This document shows positions 12,428-29,997 of a stretch of 64,000 nt of DNA, piece after piece. Every line of letters starts with the position of its first letter. Within the stretch, counting starts at the first letter, position 1. The DNA comes from Octopus vulgaris. Taxonomy: Eukaryota. A model generated the notes under the pieces. That model had not been told where the DNA came from. It worked only from the letters and a program-made list of their open reading frames with translations, and ran no database searches. Made by a program: the position numbers and the translations under genes. The DNA is taken from positions 42,222,001 to 42,286,000 of the forward strand of contig OX597838.1 of NCBI GenBank assembly GCA_951406725.2. The letters are read 5' to 3'.

Positions 12428-15400
12428 CTTTTCTTTTAACTGGACACACGGACACACACATACGGGGGAGGGAGAGTCTCATACCAAATATTATGAGTTG
12501 AAATTTCATCCTTTCCATTAGAGGAGCAGAACTTCCTTTCAGATTGTCCAACATTGAAATACCAATTGGCTTTAAGCTGGATCCACTTCTTACTGTTGGC
12601 TCAAAGTCGCAGAGCTACACTTAGTATTTTAAGGATAAATTATTTCAGACAACTTTTGACTGCTACACAAAAAAGAACCAACAATCTAAGCTCCCTTGCT
12701 AGCTATCAATTTCACATTAGTTTTAAATTGTCATAAAAGCTTAAGGTAACATGCAGTAAAACCGATTTGTCAGCCGATCACCAAAATGGCCACATGGTAT
12801 GGCCACATTTACCGATTGCATCTCCAGTCTGGAAACTCCATCTTGCTCACTACTTCCAATGGAGATCTTGACAATTTTATCTCTTTCAAAAAAAGCACAA
12901 AAGTACAATTTCTACACGTCAAGGAAGCTATCTCAAAGACATCACAATATCTAATAACTTCTCCGGGAGATTTCACATCCATAACAACAAAAACTGCAAA
13001 CCAAAAATACCATTTCTACACAAATTAATTTCCTGCATTGCATCCATAAGAAAGCCAGACAAATACCTTCTCTCAGTTATTTATCTTAAAAGGTTTTCAT
13101 TTCTTTGGACATTGATTCACCACAGTTCCAATGTCTTGCAGATGACTCGATAGAATCCCACAACATTATTCAAAACTTTGGACACCGTTTTTTAATTCAA
13201 AAGCTCAACCACTTGTAAAAACGTTTATAAAATAAAATTAAAAAACAGCGCAGCACCCAAGGCTTTCAGAAACATTTTATTTTTCTTGCACAGAATTGTT
13301 GAAGCACGAAATAAACAACTTTTGTCAGTTATTAGTTGTCCAAACACTGCCTCCTTCAACAATTCCATGCTTTCTGAAATCCACCAACACAACTCTTGAC
13401 ATACCAATTCCACCCTTTTCTCTTTATGGTGGGTTTTACTAATCATCTGTTTTCAGGTATTTTATTCAGTGTACAACATTTCTCACTTTCAATGCTGTCT
13501 TTCTTTACTTTGTTTGACTTTCTTTTACTCTTTTCCGATGAATTGTAATGTATTTGAATGCTGCTTACAACAAAAATGGGCAAACTTCTTCATGAATTGG
13601 GTCACAGTACAAAAAAAAATTTTCAAGGTAATTTTTTATCAGGCGTGCTACTCAGAAAGTCCCACAGGCTGCAGTGTATCCATAATCGATATACAATAAG
13701 CTCGCTGTTAGAGGACTGGTTTGAATATAAAAACTGCCGTTGTTTAGCCCCGGGTCTACTTTGATTGAGCAGGCTTAGGATCAAAGAGGTGTCCATCTGT
13801 GACCATCCCTATTTCTATTTATATCAGAGATTACATTATCCAATGTGTCCTTAGCTTTTTTGAAAGACAGTTAGGTGTGATTTCAGGGAATTGGCATGCA
13901 CGCGTATCAATGTGTGTGTGTATTATATCAAACATGACTGTGTTTAGTCTAATTAAAATTTTTTTCCGTTTTCTCATTATTTGTTAATGTTAACTTTGGC
14001 CAAGTTTATCAAAGCTTCTTGATTTTCTCCGTCCCACCTTCAGGGCAATTATCATGCTTTTTCTTACACTTCGTTATTCATTTCACACACTAGGAGAGTT
14101 TTTTTTTTCGTTTGAAGTTCGTTAAGAGCGTAGCTGCTCATTGCTTTTACCCATTTCTGAACCCACCAACTCCAAGAGGTTTTATGACGTGGGTCACAGA
14201 GATCTCAAGCAGCAAATGTCATGATGATGCAATCCATCTGAAAGCATTCAATCAGGGAAATTCCATACACAGCCTCCTCCTTATTCTCATCTCCATAATT
14301 GTTATCTGTTATCTATGAGTATTTTGGGTCTTCTCTGTGTCCCTGTTCAATACAGATGACCTTAAACAAGTCTTAATCTTAAACTTTACTTAATCTCTCT
14401 CTCTCATGGCCACTGTTCATAGATTTTGCATCAATACAACCCCAACAACTAGCATGGTGTCCTCTAATTTATTATGCTTGATGAAGTATTTATAAGGAGT
14501 TTGATACTTTCAGCACCACTATTTCCATCGAGGGCAGATAGTGCAACATTTGGCCCAGTGAAGAGCACCTTGACCTTCAACCTCAATGTTTTCTTGTTGC
14601 TTTATCTTCCAATCCTTGACATGTTTATCCCAGAAGATTTTTTATCTGGAAAAGTCTTTTTATGTTATCTAAAAGTTCTGTTTGTTGTTATTGAAACTTT
14701 GAGGCTTCAAACCCCCGATAACAAATCAACAGACATGTCAAGTATTAAGTGAAGCATAGTTAAATTATTTCAGGACAATTGACGAGTTTGAACCCTCATC
14801 AATGCAATCATTCACACAACCCTTTTTTTCTTTTCTTTATTTCATTTTTTACAACTTTTAAAAAATAGAATCAACATCAAATTCCATTGTTACACATGGT
14901 GACAGCACTAAGCAATGATGCGTATGAATACCAGCTGTGATCCCATGTTTTATTTACAGCAATCCATGGAACAGTGCTAGCAGTCATTGAATGATGACAA
15001 GAACATCATAAGAGGGACCTGGTGCTGAAGAGGAGATAACCACTCTGAAATGCATGCATCCCAAACTCTAACTGGAGAACAGTGGTTTGACTTGGTGTAT
15101 TTACATGTGTACAGCGAGAAATTTTCTGTGTCAACATTCAATGAATGGCTTTCTTCTAGGTTTGAACATGCCTCAAGCATATTTGAACTGGTAACAAGGT
15201 TGTAATTCTATTGTTCTTTTGCCAATGATAAATGCTAGTTCGGAGTTTCTGGGATCAACTTTGCCTTCCTTCCGCATTTTGCTGTGGAGTTCTTCATTAG
15301 TAATTTTATTCTTCATCATTTTGCTCTCCATCCGAGGAAGCCATTTCTCTCTTCTAATGCAAAACACCTTTCTGTCCCTCGTTACTACTCCCCACCAGTT

Positions 15401-15809
15401 GAGATGGGGGTGGGGGTCTTGCCTTGTAACTTATTCAGTGACCTCATGGCTGCTGGTGTCACATATAAAGCACCTGGCACACTCTGTCAAGTGATTGCTG
15501 TGAGGAAGAGCATCCAGCCGCAGAAACCGAGAGCAGAGCTTAATGCAGACTTCTGACTTTGCAACTCATGTCAACCCATCCAATCTCTACCAGCAAGGAA
15601 AACAGATGATGATGTTGCACTGCATTTTCCTTAAAATAAGGCAGTCCAAGCATTTGCAGGAAGCAAATTAGACCCTACAGAAATAGAAAATATCTTCTTA
15701 ATAGGTCTTCATTTAAACATTTGTGAAATGTTGCTCATGGCATCTGATGCGGGGTTTAGCACTGCCAAACCGCTTGGAGAAAGTTTCAGGAGTTGTTTAA
15801 TAAGAACAA

Positions 15810-16360
15810 TGGTTTCAAATTTTGGCAGAGGGCCAGCAGCTTTTTGAGGGGAGGGGCAAGTAGATAACATTGACCCCAGTTCTTGACTGGTTCTTCATTT
15901 TATCAACCTCGAAAAAGATGAAAGGCAAAGTCAACCTCGGTGGAATTGGAACCCAGAACATAAAAGAGATGGAATGAACACTGCAAAGCATTTATGCCAA
16001 ATCACTAATAATTCTTTCTGATTTTGGCACAAGGCCAGCAATTTTAAGGGGAGGAGGAAATTCATTACATTGCCCCCCCCCCTGCCCCAGTACTTGACTG
16101 GTACTTTATTTTATTGATGAAGAAAGGGTGGAAAGGCAGCATTTGAAGCCAGAATACAAAGAGCCTGAAGAAATGCTGCTAGGCATTTTGCCTGACACAT
16201 TAATGGGTCTGCCAGCTTGGCATCTTAATTCTCCCAGGGGCGGGGTCAGCTCAATTACATTGGCTCCAATGCTAAACTGGTACTTCTTTCATTGAACCCA
16301 AAAGGAAGCAAGGAAGAAACCGTAGCAGCATTTAGTCCGACATGCTAACAATTCTGCCTT
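15810..16360 (-). mobile_element. cluster of decayed SINE family B copies
   Basis: Repeated TTTTGGCAC/GAGGGCCAGCA, GACTGGTACTT and GAAAGGCAAAGTCAACCTCGG blocks. Confidence 0.7.
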
Positions 16361-16487
16361 CAATAATCAGAAAATATAACGGCAACATTAGCAACAGTAA
16401 TAATTGTATTATCAAAGAATAACTCACAGAACCACAACTTGATAATATAAAATTTTAATCAAATAAAGTCAACAAAACCACATTTTG

Positions 16488-16493
16488 TTTATT
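16488..16493 (-). promoter_or_regulatory. candidate distal polyadenylation signal for TMEM19
   Basis: AATAAA on minus strand followed by GT/T-rich ATGTGGTTTTGTTGACTTTATTTG. Confidence 0.3.
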
Positions 16494-16542
16494 ATTTCAT
16501 TTAACATAACAGATACAACATAATCTCTAGTCACGTCATTTT

Positions 16543-16576
<34 letters not shown>

Positions 16577-17011
16577 CTCTTTGCACAAGCAGTCTTCTTA
16601 TTGTTTTCTTTTCACACATGCAAACCTTTCTAACTCTAAAGCAGGAGCAAAAATGTAGCCCTGTTTAGCAACACTGAATTTCAAATATCCCCTATTTTAA
16701 AGAAGGAAATAATACAAAATAAAGCAGGGTATTATATGAGCAGATTCCACATTAAAAGATCCCCTGAATCAATTAAACAAGCTGAGATTGGCCAAAGTGT
16801 GGGAGACCGAGTTTTCGAATATGGTTACATCTACATTAGAGACTTGATCTTCTGGAAGAAATAGTTCAGTCCTGGACCACTATTTAATCATTACAAGATT
16901 GAAATATAATCTGGTACAAAATATTGCTCATTTCTAAACTGGCATCGTTTCTTCAAACATCTTATTTATAATCACTGAACCAAATCTATTTCAACATACA
17001 CCATAACACCT

Positions 17012-17241
17012 TTAACTCTTTTATTGCCATATTTCTGTGGAAATACAGAACCTTTGTTTCAATTAATTTTGAAAATAATTAAGAATTTAGTAAAATAATT
17101 GCCATCATTAAGCTGGTGTCCGGAACAAAAATAGATTGCGGGATTCTGACGGAAGGTTTCCATTTTGATCATTTTAAAACATGAAGTTTGTTATCAAAGA
17201 ACCAGGGATGGTCACGGGTGGGTTGGTATGAAAAGGGTTAA
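17012..17241. mobile_element. piggyBac-like MITE with TTAA ends
   Basis: TTAA-CTCTTTT ... AAAAGGG-TTAA; related copies near 1940-2140 and 62878-63271. Confidence 0.7.
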
Positions 17242-17424
17242 AGTGTTAACTACGTTTCGTGTCTTATATTTTTGGATAGACTGTGGCACAATGAACTCAT
17301 TACCACCTGTCACCTGACTGGGCACTCAGTAAACACCTGGAGCTTACATTAGTACGTCACTTGTTTGAATAACTCAAACAAAAAAACATCTGAGCAGATA
17401 CTGTTTGGCTGCCTTATTGCAATC

Positions 17425-17457
<33 letters not shown>

Positions 17458-18293
17458 CGGATGCATTTGGAAGGAGATTGCTGGAGATTTGAAGTTGGAA
17501 TCTCTTAGTGATAGTCTCCTATGGACATTCGGTATGGATGTACATGGGTCAGCTATCCAGCAAAGACTTCTATCAATTATCTCTGAACAGAGACAGAGTG
17601 TTGCTCTACTGACCTCCTGAATGTTATATGAGATCATGACGGATGGTGCAATCAAGTGAAGCAAATCTAAAACTGCTTAACCAGATTACTGTCAGTTTCA
17701 ACTTCGTGTTCACAAAAGAAGAGAAGTGTTTGGTGCCAGAAATGCAATTGTGGAAGCAATGAAGAAAACTTCAAATCAAAGTTGATGGCATTGTTCTGAT
17801 GATGAAAAGAAGGGTTCTCTGCTAAGTTTCAACAGAAATAGAACTCGCAGACTGGTCACTTGGATGCTACCTCTGACCTTTAGCAAGCCCGTATTTTCTC
17901 CACTCGTGTTTTTCAGGCAGATGTTTGGGTTAGAACCCAGTTACACCAATCCCACAGGAGACAAAGACTGCTCCTCCTTTGACTAAGGTAAAAAAAAGGA
18001 GGGGAGGGCATGGGCACAAGACAGGCAGCTCTTGATAGCAAAGATATAGGGGAAAGAAGGGGACAAAACTAGGAAAAGAGTTCAGGTGAGGTTAATGAAG
18101 CTATTCTTCCTTAAAAAAGCTAAAATCTGTAGCAATGTAAATACCATTTTATGAGGCAACACAATAACCTATTTGTTTAGGTTGACAAACAGACAGACAG
18201 ATCAATGGAGAAAAAAAAATAGGGTTGAAAAAATAAAATTACTTTCTCACATTGCACATCATTTTATATCACTCCTCACCACACATTTATTTA

Positions 18294-22359
<4,066 letters not shown>

Positions 22360-22941
22360 CATGTGTATATGTTGCCAGTATCCTCCTCATTAATGACACA
22401 AAAATATCACAAAAGCTGAAAGTCTACAATGGTAAAGCGTCAGGGCTCTTCTCCGAATGGTCTGCAAGTCATGATGAGCAGTTTGAAATTCTCAAATCAA
22501 TTCTTTATAAATGTCACAACAGGACCATTCCACATGTAAAACCAAGAATGGCAAGTTTCACTGGCACCAGAACAATTCGCACACACAAACTGACATTTTC
22601 AGCACAAACCAAAAGGTTTAGGGACTCAAAGATGGTGGTGGAAGTGGAAGTGGAAGTGGTGGTGATGATGATGATGATGATGATGATATCTCAAGGCTTC
22701 ATTCAGTTTAATTTCTTTAGAGTTTTAACACTGAATGGTTTTTTAAAAAATTCCTTTGAAAGGACAAGGGTCATGAAAGGGTTACAATTTGATACATGAT
22801 TTATAAATTTTCTGGGTTATCAAGTTCCAAAGTTCCATTTACTTTTTCAAGAAATCAACAATCTCAATAAAATACAAAAGGCACTCGTACCAACGGCTGG
22901 CTATAAAAGACTGACTGAATCATAATGAGATATATATTATA

Positions 22942-23778
22942 CAGGGTGTCCATAAATTATCTTTACAACTTCCACAAATTCTTTCAGGATGGCTGCATTC
23001 TTTTGTACTGTAAAGTAGGCAGTTAACTACAGTCAACAATTCACAAAGTCTTGCATAAGAAGCTGAGGCTTTATGCACTTCAGCCAGATGACCAACCCCA
23101 AGGAAAACAATTTTCAGCTTGATATGATGATGATGATGATGATGATTTGTTTCGGTGATGAAGCAACATTTCATGTATCAAGAATAAGCACAACATCAGG
23201 ATTTGGGGTTCTGAAAACCCACACAAATAAGAGAACTGGAGAGAAACAACTCAAAAATCAATGTCTAGGGCAGCCTCATATTTGATCAAATGATTGGCCC
23301 CCAAAACTGATCCTTTCTAACACTTAGATTGATCCTTTACAGGAATTTGTTGTACCACAGTTGCACCATTTGCAGCCAACAGCCATTTCCAACAAAATGG
23401 TGCACTGCCCCATCAGGGGTTGAGTGTTCAGGAGTTTCTTACCAAAACTTTCCCAAACCAGTGGATTGGGAGGGGCAGTCCAGCTCCCTGCCCATCTAGA
23501 TCATCAGATATAACCACCCTTCGAGACTTCTTATGGGACTACATTAAACACAGTTAAAGACCCTACTGATCTCACGGAAAAAATATGCCAAACCATATCT
23601 AAAGCTCGTGGTCAGAAACTGAGCATCATTTAGATGCATTCAATCGATGCTGACCACATGGAAGGTTTTCTGATGTTTCTGAGGAAGCTTTATTTCTTTG
23701 CCGGTTTTCCAAGGAACTCTGAGTTATTCTTATTTTATAGAATTTTTCAAATTGTAAAGATAATTTATGGACACCCTG
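22942..23778 (+). mobile_element. internally deleted, decayed Tc1/mariner-superfamily transposon
   Basis: TIRs CAGGGTGTCCATAAATTATCTTTACAA / TTGTAAAGATAATTTATGGACACCCTG after TA. Remnant motifs FGDEATFH, FQQNGALPH and WIGRG..PSRSSDIT (cf. FSDEA.FH, FQQDGAPPH, WPPRSPDLT). Confidence 0.85.
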
Positions 23779-23841
23779 AATATATTTCACACTTTGCACC
23801 CTCTTTTTCCTTCTTGTTCCAATCATTCTATCAAACAGCAG

Positions 23842-23847
23842 TTTATT
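23842..23847 (-). promoter_or_regulatory. candidate proximal polyadenylation signal for TMEM19
   Basis: AATAAA on minus strand ~570 nt after the stop codon. Confidence 0.3.
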
Positions 23848-24336
23848 GAAAATGTTTGACAAACAGAAGAGAATAAAGGAAGACTGACAAATGTCAAACA
23901 ACCTAAACTGAACAATTGCAGTCATCTTCAACAAATATTTCCCAGGTGTTCTGGTCACACCAGACCAATGGACCATTAAACCACTGACACAAGCAAATAA
24001 GGCAGCTGCTACACGGTCAGCTGACTAGTTAGAAATAGCAGTCTAATCTCCCTCAGATCACCTCCTACTGTCATAAAAAGATACTGCTACGGCATATTAG
24101 ATAGACAAATGTGGGCAAAAAAATAAAACTAACGTTGGAATGGTCATAACCAGAACACCTTCGGACTGGATCCAGGTTGAATAACAACAACAAAAACAAC
24201 AGCTGTTGAATTCCCATGAGTATCAAAGTGGGATGACTTTCCTCTCTGGAATCGGATGGAATGCTGACCAAACTCTTATTGCCAATTGCATCCAGCGAGG
24301 AAAGAAAATGAAAGACTTTTTAGTTTTGATTGTTTG

Positions 24337-24373
<37 letters not shown>

Positions 24374-24413
24374 CAGAACCCAAAAAGGGAAGCAGACATC
24401 TGGGGCCGTTATC

Positions 24414-24580
24414 TTATGTTAGGTAAGACCAAAGATGGTAAGAAAAGATAGAAGAGAAAGCCGCAGTGAGTAAAGAGGAAAGTAGGTTGATGGCATGGTT
24501 GTTGAGCAGTTGTCTGCCATTGATGTGTTGGACATTAGGAGCAGAATGTTCCACAATTATATTCCGTTCTTGGTCGTAAC
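24414..24580 (-). CDS. TMEM19: TMEM19 coding exon 6 (last)
   Basis: Acceptor tttcttccgttgcag; (G)YDQERNIIVEHSAPNVQHINGRQLLNNHAINLLSSLLTAAFSSIFSYHLWSYLT-TAA, matching the HI.G..L.N.A.NL.SS C-terminal motif. Not in the ORF track. Confidence 0.92.
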
Positions 24581-25192
24581 CTGCAACGGAAGAAATAAGG
24601 AAATGTCACATGTGGCGTTCATCGGTTGAGGAAATGAAGACATCGACAGGAAGAATGGAAGTTGCAAAGGAAAAGAATATGCTGGAAGGTTTTTTTTTTC
24701 TTGTGATTTGGAGAGAGAATAGGATTGGTGGTGGTGAGAGACATAGGGCAGAAAGCAAATTCAGACGGGCGGGCGTGTGTGGTTGTGTGTGTGTGATTTG
24801 TAAATGTACAATAGTATTGTGCAGTGTATAACATACGTACTGATGTAGTAAAGTAAAATGATTTATTAGACACAGAAATTATTATCATTACATGAAGGAT
24901 GTGAGACAGCCATGATGCTATGGATAGCAACTGGTGAAATAAATATATTCGTCTTTCATACCGCCAGACTTTTTATTATCTACATATATAAAGGGACAGG
25001 GATTTTAAAATCCAGGTGGATATTTTTTAAGTACTCTGTAGTAATCCCTACTTGGCTAACTCGATCAACCGGTGAGAAAGATGAGGATCGGTGTAGACTG
25101 TTGCCCTTGCACACCGGTTCAAATCCAAAGTCCACTTTGAAGAATTTCAGATAAGATTCCAGATTATATTTTTTAAAAAAACCCACAAAGAC

Positions 25193-25462
25193 GAATGGAG
25201 AAACACATCTTTGATTGAGGTTTTACAACATATCAATTGCTGCCGTACGTTTCTGATCCATTACAATGTGGATGGCCTTGAGAATAAAATGCTGGTGGTT
25301 ATTTTATAGATCTCCATAATGCTATAATCAAGTTGATAGGGATCGATTAACATGCAGCAGCATTATTGCATTAAAGGATTATGCAACAGAAGCATATCAG
25401 AAACGAATGTTGGTAATTCATGTGTTGTAAATTATCAATTAAAAATGCGTAATTTTCCATTC
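25193..25462. mobile_element. decayed fold-back element with hammerhead remnant (TMEM19 intron 5)
   Basis: 25193-25256 pairs with 25396-25462. Plus arm reads ATTGC-A-TTAAAGG-A-TTATGC..GCATATCA-GAAA-CGAATG-TT-GGTAAT; minus arm has GAAA-CGTACG. Confidence 0.5.
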
Positions 25463-25507
25463 TTCTCTGCGTTTATATATATACATATATCTATATCTAT
25501 CTATCTA

Positions 25508-25580
<73 letters not shown>

Positions 25581-25782
25581 ACTTGATTGATATATATTTT
25601 CTCATTACCAGAAAGCTGATGTGAAGTCCAGAAGTAAAGCTAGAACTAGACCTTGTGAAGTATTTAGCTCAATGTTCCACCATTTCTTCAACATCCCCAT
25701 CCTTGCTACAGACACCAATCAAAATAATTACAATAAATGAAAATGCAGCAAAGAAACCTAGAAATGAAAGTCTGCTACGTAC

Positions 25783-25998
25783 CGGAGTATTGTACAGTTG
25801 CTCCAAGCAGAGAATCCAGGAAAGAGCCACCAAAGCCACAGACTAAGCCGACTATGATGACCGGCCACTGGACCGGACTCTCTTGGAGCTTCCGTTGGTT
25901 GATGGTCAACAAGAGAGTTAAATAGTAAGTAACACCGATAATCAAACCACCAAGGGCACTGCATAGTAAACCGACAAAGGATATGGCACCATTGGTCC
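25783..25998 (-). CDS. TMEM19: TMEM19 coding exon 5
   Basis: ttttttccag | (G)TNGAISFVGLLCSALGGLIIG...QWPVIIVGLVCGFGGSFLDSLLGATVQYS | GTACGT; has the GTNG and DS.LGAT.Q motifs. Confidence 0.95.
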
Positions 25999-26123
25999 CT
26001 GGAAAAAAAAAATTTAGGAGTTGGGTTAAATATTGACTCTGATTGCTCTTACAGAGGAATGGATAAATGAAGATTGATGATGATGATGATGATATCTATA
26101 AGATGCTGAGATTTATATTGTCA

Positions 26124-26444
<321 letters not shown>

Positions 26445-27238
26445 TCAATATTTCTGTGGGGGAAAAAAAAAAGGGGGACTGACATGTATTCAAAACTGAA
26501 GATGGCCTTCGTTTCTTTCCTCTTCCTCATGCTTGCTACTCAATTTGTCCAAACAATAGCACTAATTAACATTTAACGACACATTCTATTGGACATTTCC
26601 TTAATTAAAATCTCAGTGATTGAGCAGAAAATGGGTTTCTTTATTCGAATGTTTATACAGACTTGAGATGAGATTATTGTGAAAACTGCCAGTATTGGAG
26701 AAAAGATTTAGTTTTTTTTCTTGTAAGGATGTCACTTGTGTTAAAAAAATAATCTTTTGTATGCAGAACTGTTAATTATTTAAAAGTAACTAAAAATAAA
26801 AATCTTTGATCCATTAAAAAAAGAAAGGTGTTGGTAATGAATTAGATGCAATTAGTAACAAATATGGAAACAGAAACATCACAAGACAAAAAGGCAAAAA
26901 AAAAGGGTTCTTCCCAGGCATTCAGTTTTTGCATAATAAGAATTTCCAGGTAAGCTGACTTAATCCATTCAGAAACAAAATACTCAGGTGTGCACAAAAG
27001 TTTCAATAAAAAAAAAGCAAAAACCTCCCAAAAATAAATTGCAGAAATTGAACATGATGATGATGATGATGATATATATATATATATATATACGTATGTA
27101 AAACAATTTAGATCCAAATGAATATGGTATTTAACTTAGATGCACCAGAATTTTTTATGGTATTACCCATAAAATTATGTGGGGTGATTATAACCAAAAA
27201 ATAAGCAACAATATGTGTATATATATATATATAAATTA

Positions 27239-27619
27239 ATATAAGCAGCTAAGCGCAATATAAAACCATAAAAAGAAAATTCAACCATCACTAATTGTGA
27301 GTGAGGGTGCTGAATAGCCCCTATATTGCTAGAAACCCTTAAAGCTGCATAAATGTACATTTATATAGAGTAACAGGGGAGATAACTGCGCCATGAGCTG
27401 AGCTGGAATCACTGGACTAGTTTCGTCTGTTAATTTCAGACTCCCGAGCAGTTCTCAACCTCACTGCTTAGATGGTTCAGCTAAAAGCTTCTGTCAAGTA
27501 TATGTATTTAGCAAGATGCGATTGTCGACACTAAAAATTGATATAAGGAGCTAAGTGCAGAAAAATTTAACCATCACAAAATCACAAATTGTGACTGAGG
27601 GTGATGAATAACACCTACA
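27239..27619 (-). mobile_element. ~302 nt monomer plus partial tandem copy with hammerhead-like motif (TMEM19 intron 3)
   Basis: Direct repeat ATATAAG(C/G)AGCTAAG..AACCATCAC..TGAGGGTG.TGAATA at 27239 and 27541. Confidence 0.65.
27411..27452 (-). ncRNA. core-mutated type I hammerhead
   Basis: ACTG-CTCGGGA-GTCTG(AAATTAA)CAGAC-GAAA-CTAG-TC-CAGT: all three helices intact, palindromic ACTAGT, but G5 and A6 are changed. Confidence 0.6.
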
Positions 27620-27633
27620 TATATATATACATA

Positions 27634-28174
27634 CGAGGGTGAGTCAAAAAGTAATGCCATTTTGTTTAGGACAGGTATAATTACCTACACAGGAACAAAT
27701 ATCATACATCAGAATGAAGCTGGTCCTCTGTGGATCACATCCCTTTTTCTCAACATAGTCACCGTTTCTCTCAATAGCAATGTTTCACCTTCAAATGAGA
27801 GCACGTATCCCCGTAAAATTCTGTTGACTGTTCTTTGGGTCACTTCTTCACTACAGTTTTCACTTCATCACTGGAATAATGTTTGCCTCTCAAACCCTCT
27901 TTCATGGGGCCGAAGAGATGATAGTCCAGTGATGAGGAAGTGAAAACTGTAGTGAAGAAGTGGCTCAAAGAACAGTCAACAGAATTTTATGGGGCAGGGA
28001 TACATGCTTTCATTCGAAGGTGGAACATTGCTATTGAGAGAAACAGTGACTATGTTGAGAAGTAGGGATGTGATCCACAGAGGACCAGCTTCATTTTGAT
28101 GTATTATACTTGTTCCTGTGTTGCTAATTATGCCTGTCCTAAACAAAATGGCATTACTTTTTGACTCACCCTCG
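27634..28174. mobile_element. mariner-derived fold-back MITE, ~240 bp arms
   Basis: TA-CGAGGGTGAGTCAAAAAGTAATGCCATTTTGTTTAGGACAGG ... CCTGTCCTAAACAAAATGGCATTACTTTTTGACTCACCCTCG. Confidence 0.9.
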
Positions 28175-28308
28175 TGTATAAATATATATGTGTGTGTGTG
28201 TGTGCTGAATAGCACCTATATACATACATACACACACACACACACACAAACATGGGACAGGAAGTGAAGTGTAGAGAGAAAAGAAATACAATTTGAGTTT
28301 TTACCTAC

Positions 28309-28446
28309 CCTCTTTGAAGTTTTCCTCAAAGGACCTTTTTTTACTGCCGCGGAATTTTGTGGCAGACGACGCCGTGAAGAAGAAGACAATCAAAGATGTG
28401 GCAAAGCAAATGTTGGCAGAAATCATCAGGAACCCAACAAACAGGG
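28309..28446 (-). CDS. TMEM19: TMEM19 coding exon 3
   Basis: ctatttaaacag | (A)LFVGFLMISANICFATSLIVFFFTASSATKFRGSKKRSFEENFKE | GTAGGT; 138 nt, phase 1-1. Confidence 0.95.
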
Positions 28447-29361
28447 CTGTTTAAATAGAGAAGCAGTTACTTGTATAAGACTACTAATACAGAGAGCAAA
28501 TATATTTCACACACACATATATCTATAATGTTGTAGATAGTCAACCCATTTGATCCCTCTTAAGACCTTAACTGCAGACTCCATGCACAGGAGAATTTAC
28601 CATCAGGGCTTTACTCAAGTGACCCTGCCATTCAGCCAGGATGGTAGGGTCATTGTTATCTCTTATTGAGATAATCTGCAAGAAAATCTCATTGAAACAG
28701 TCTTTTAGTCAGCTGTGAGTTCTGATTGTTGGGTATATGCAGAGACGATTGATAACAGGGCTATTGGAAGATACCTGGTGGTGCTTAACTATTGAACCCA
28801 TGATGCATTGAATCACAATGAAGCCTGAAAATGCTTTGTACACTGACACAGCTTTTGTGCTGTTGAAGGAGACTAAGTTATCAGGACCAGCTGTGTGGTT
28901 AAGAAGCTCATTTGGCAACCACATGGCTTCAGGTTCAGTCCCACTGTGCAACATCTTAGGCAAGTGTCTTCTACTGTAACCCCCAAGCTGACCAAAGCCT
29001 TATGAATGGATTTGGTAGACAGAAACTGACTCCATTCTGCAAAGTGGTTGGTGTTAGGAAGGGCATCCAACCATAAAAACCATGCCAAAACAGACACAGT
29101 AGCCCAGGGTAATCTTCTATCTAGCTGGCTCCTGTCAACCATCCTACCCATGCATTCATGAAAAACGGACAGTAAATGATGATGATGATATATATATATT
29201 AATAGTTATCGCCATACTAATATGGCATTCTTATAAAAATAAGAATAAAGCTGTCCGCTTATTAGCTCCATGAGGCCATCGCCTTAAGTTAGCTATTTGA
29301 TACACAAACTGTATCCATATAACCTTCGAACAAGGGAGGTCAGTCGCTCCACACTACTTGA

Positions 29362-29415
29362 CCGGCAGCTAGACGCGTTTCAGGGTATTGCCCCTTGTCA
29401 ATGTAGCGTAGTCAG
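29362..29415 (-). ncRNA. second hammerhead copy, U3-A8 core, 2-nt deletion just after the cleavage site
   Basis: CTGAC-TAC-GCTACA-TTGACAA-GGGG(CAATA)CCCT-GAAA-CGCG-TC-TAGC-T-GCCGG. Confidence 0.7.
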
Positions 29416-29730
29416 ACCAGTAGGTGTCGCTTCTGACTATCTCTGTTCGAAGGTTTTATTTACCTAGTTTCGGTGGAATACATCCACTTGTTTTCAATAA
29501 TAGAAATATTAAAATTACTAAGTCTCTCTAAAAGAGAACAACGGCAGCGTTCCTGGAAATTAATAGTTATCGCCATACTAATATGGCATTCTTATAAAAA
29601 TAAGAATAAAGCTGTCCGCTTATTAGCTCCATTTTAATATTTCTATTATTGAAAACAAGTGGATGTATTCCACCAAAACTAGGTAAATAGAACCTTCGAA
29701 CAGAGATAGTCAGAAGCGACACCTACTGGT

Positions 29731-29786
29731 CCGACTACGCTACATTGAAAAGGGGCAATACCCCGAAACGCGTCTGTAGCTGTCGG
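29731..29786 (+). ncRNA. intact type I hammerhead ribozyme, U3-A8 core variant; predicted cleavage after C29774
   Basis: CCGAC-TAC-GCTACA-TTGAAAA-GGGG(CAATA)CCCC-GAAA-CGCG-TC-TGTAGC-T-GTCGG. Confidence 0.82.
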
Positions 29787-29997
29787 TCAAGTAGTGTGGA
29801 GCGACTGACCTCCCTTGTTCGAAGGTTATATGGATACAGTTTGTGTATCAAATAGCTAACTTAAGGCGATGGCCTCATGGAGCTAATAAGCGGACAGCTT
29901 TATTCTTATTTTTATAAGAATGCCATATTAGTATGGCGATAACTATTAATTTCCGGAAACGCTGCCGTTGTTCTCTTTTAGAGAGACTTAGTAATTT

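Noticed and set aside
25670-25758. In-frame continuation after TMEM19 exon 5 using the AG at 25759
   Set aside because: It would need a ~24-nt intron and lacks the conserved C-terminus, which is found at 24414-24580.
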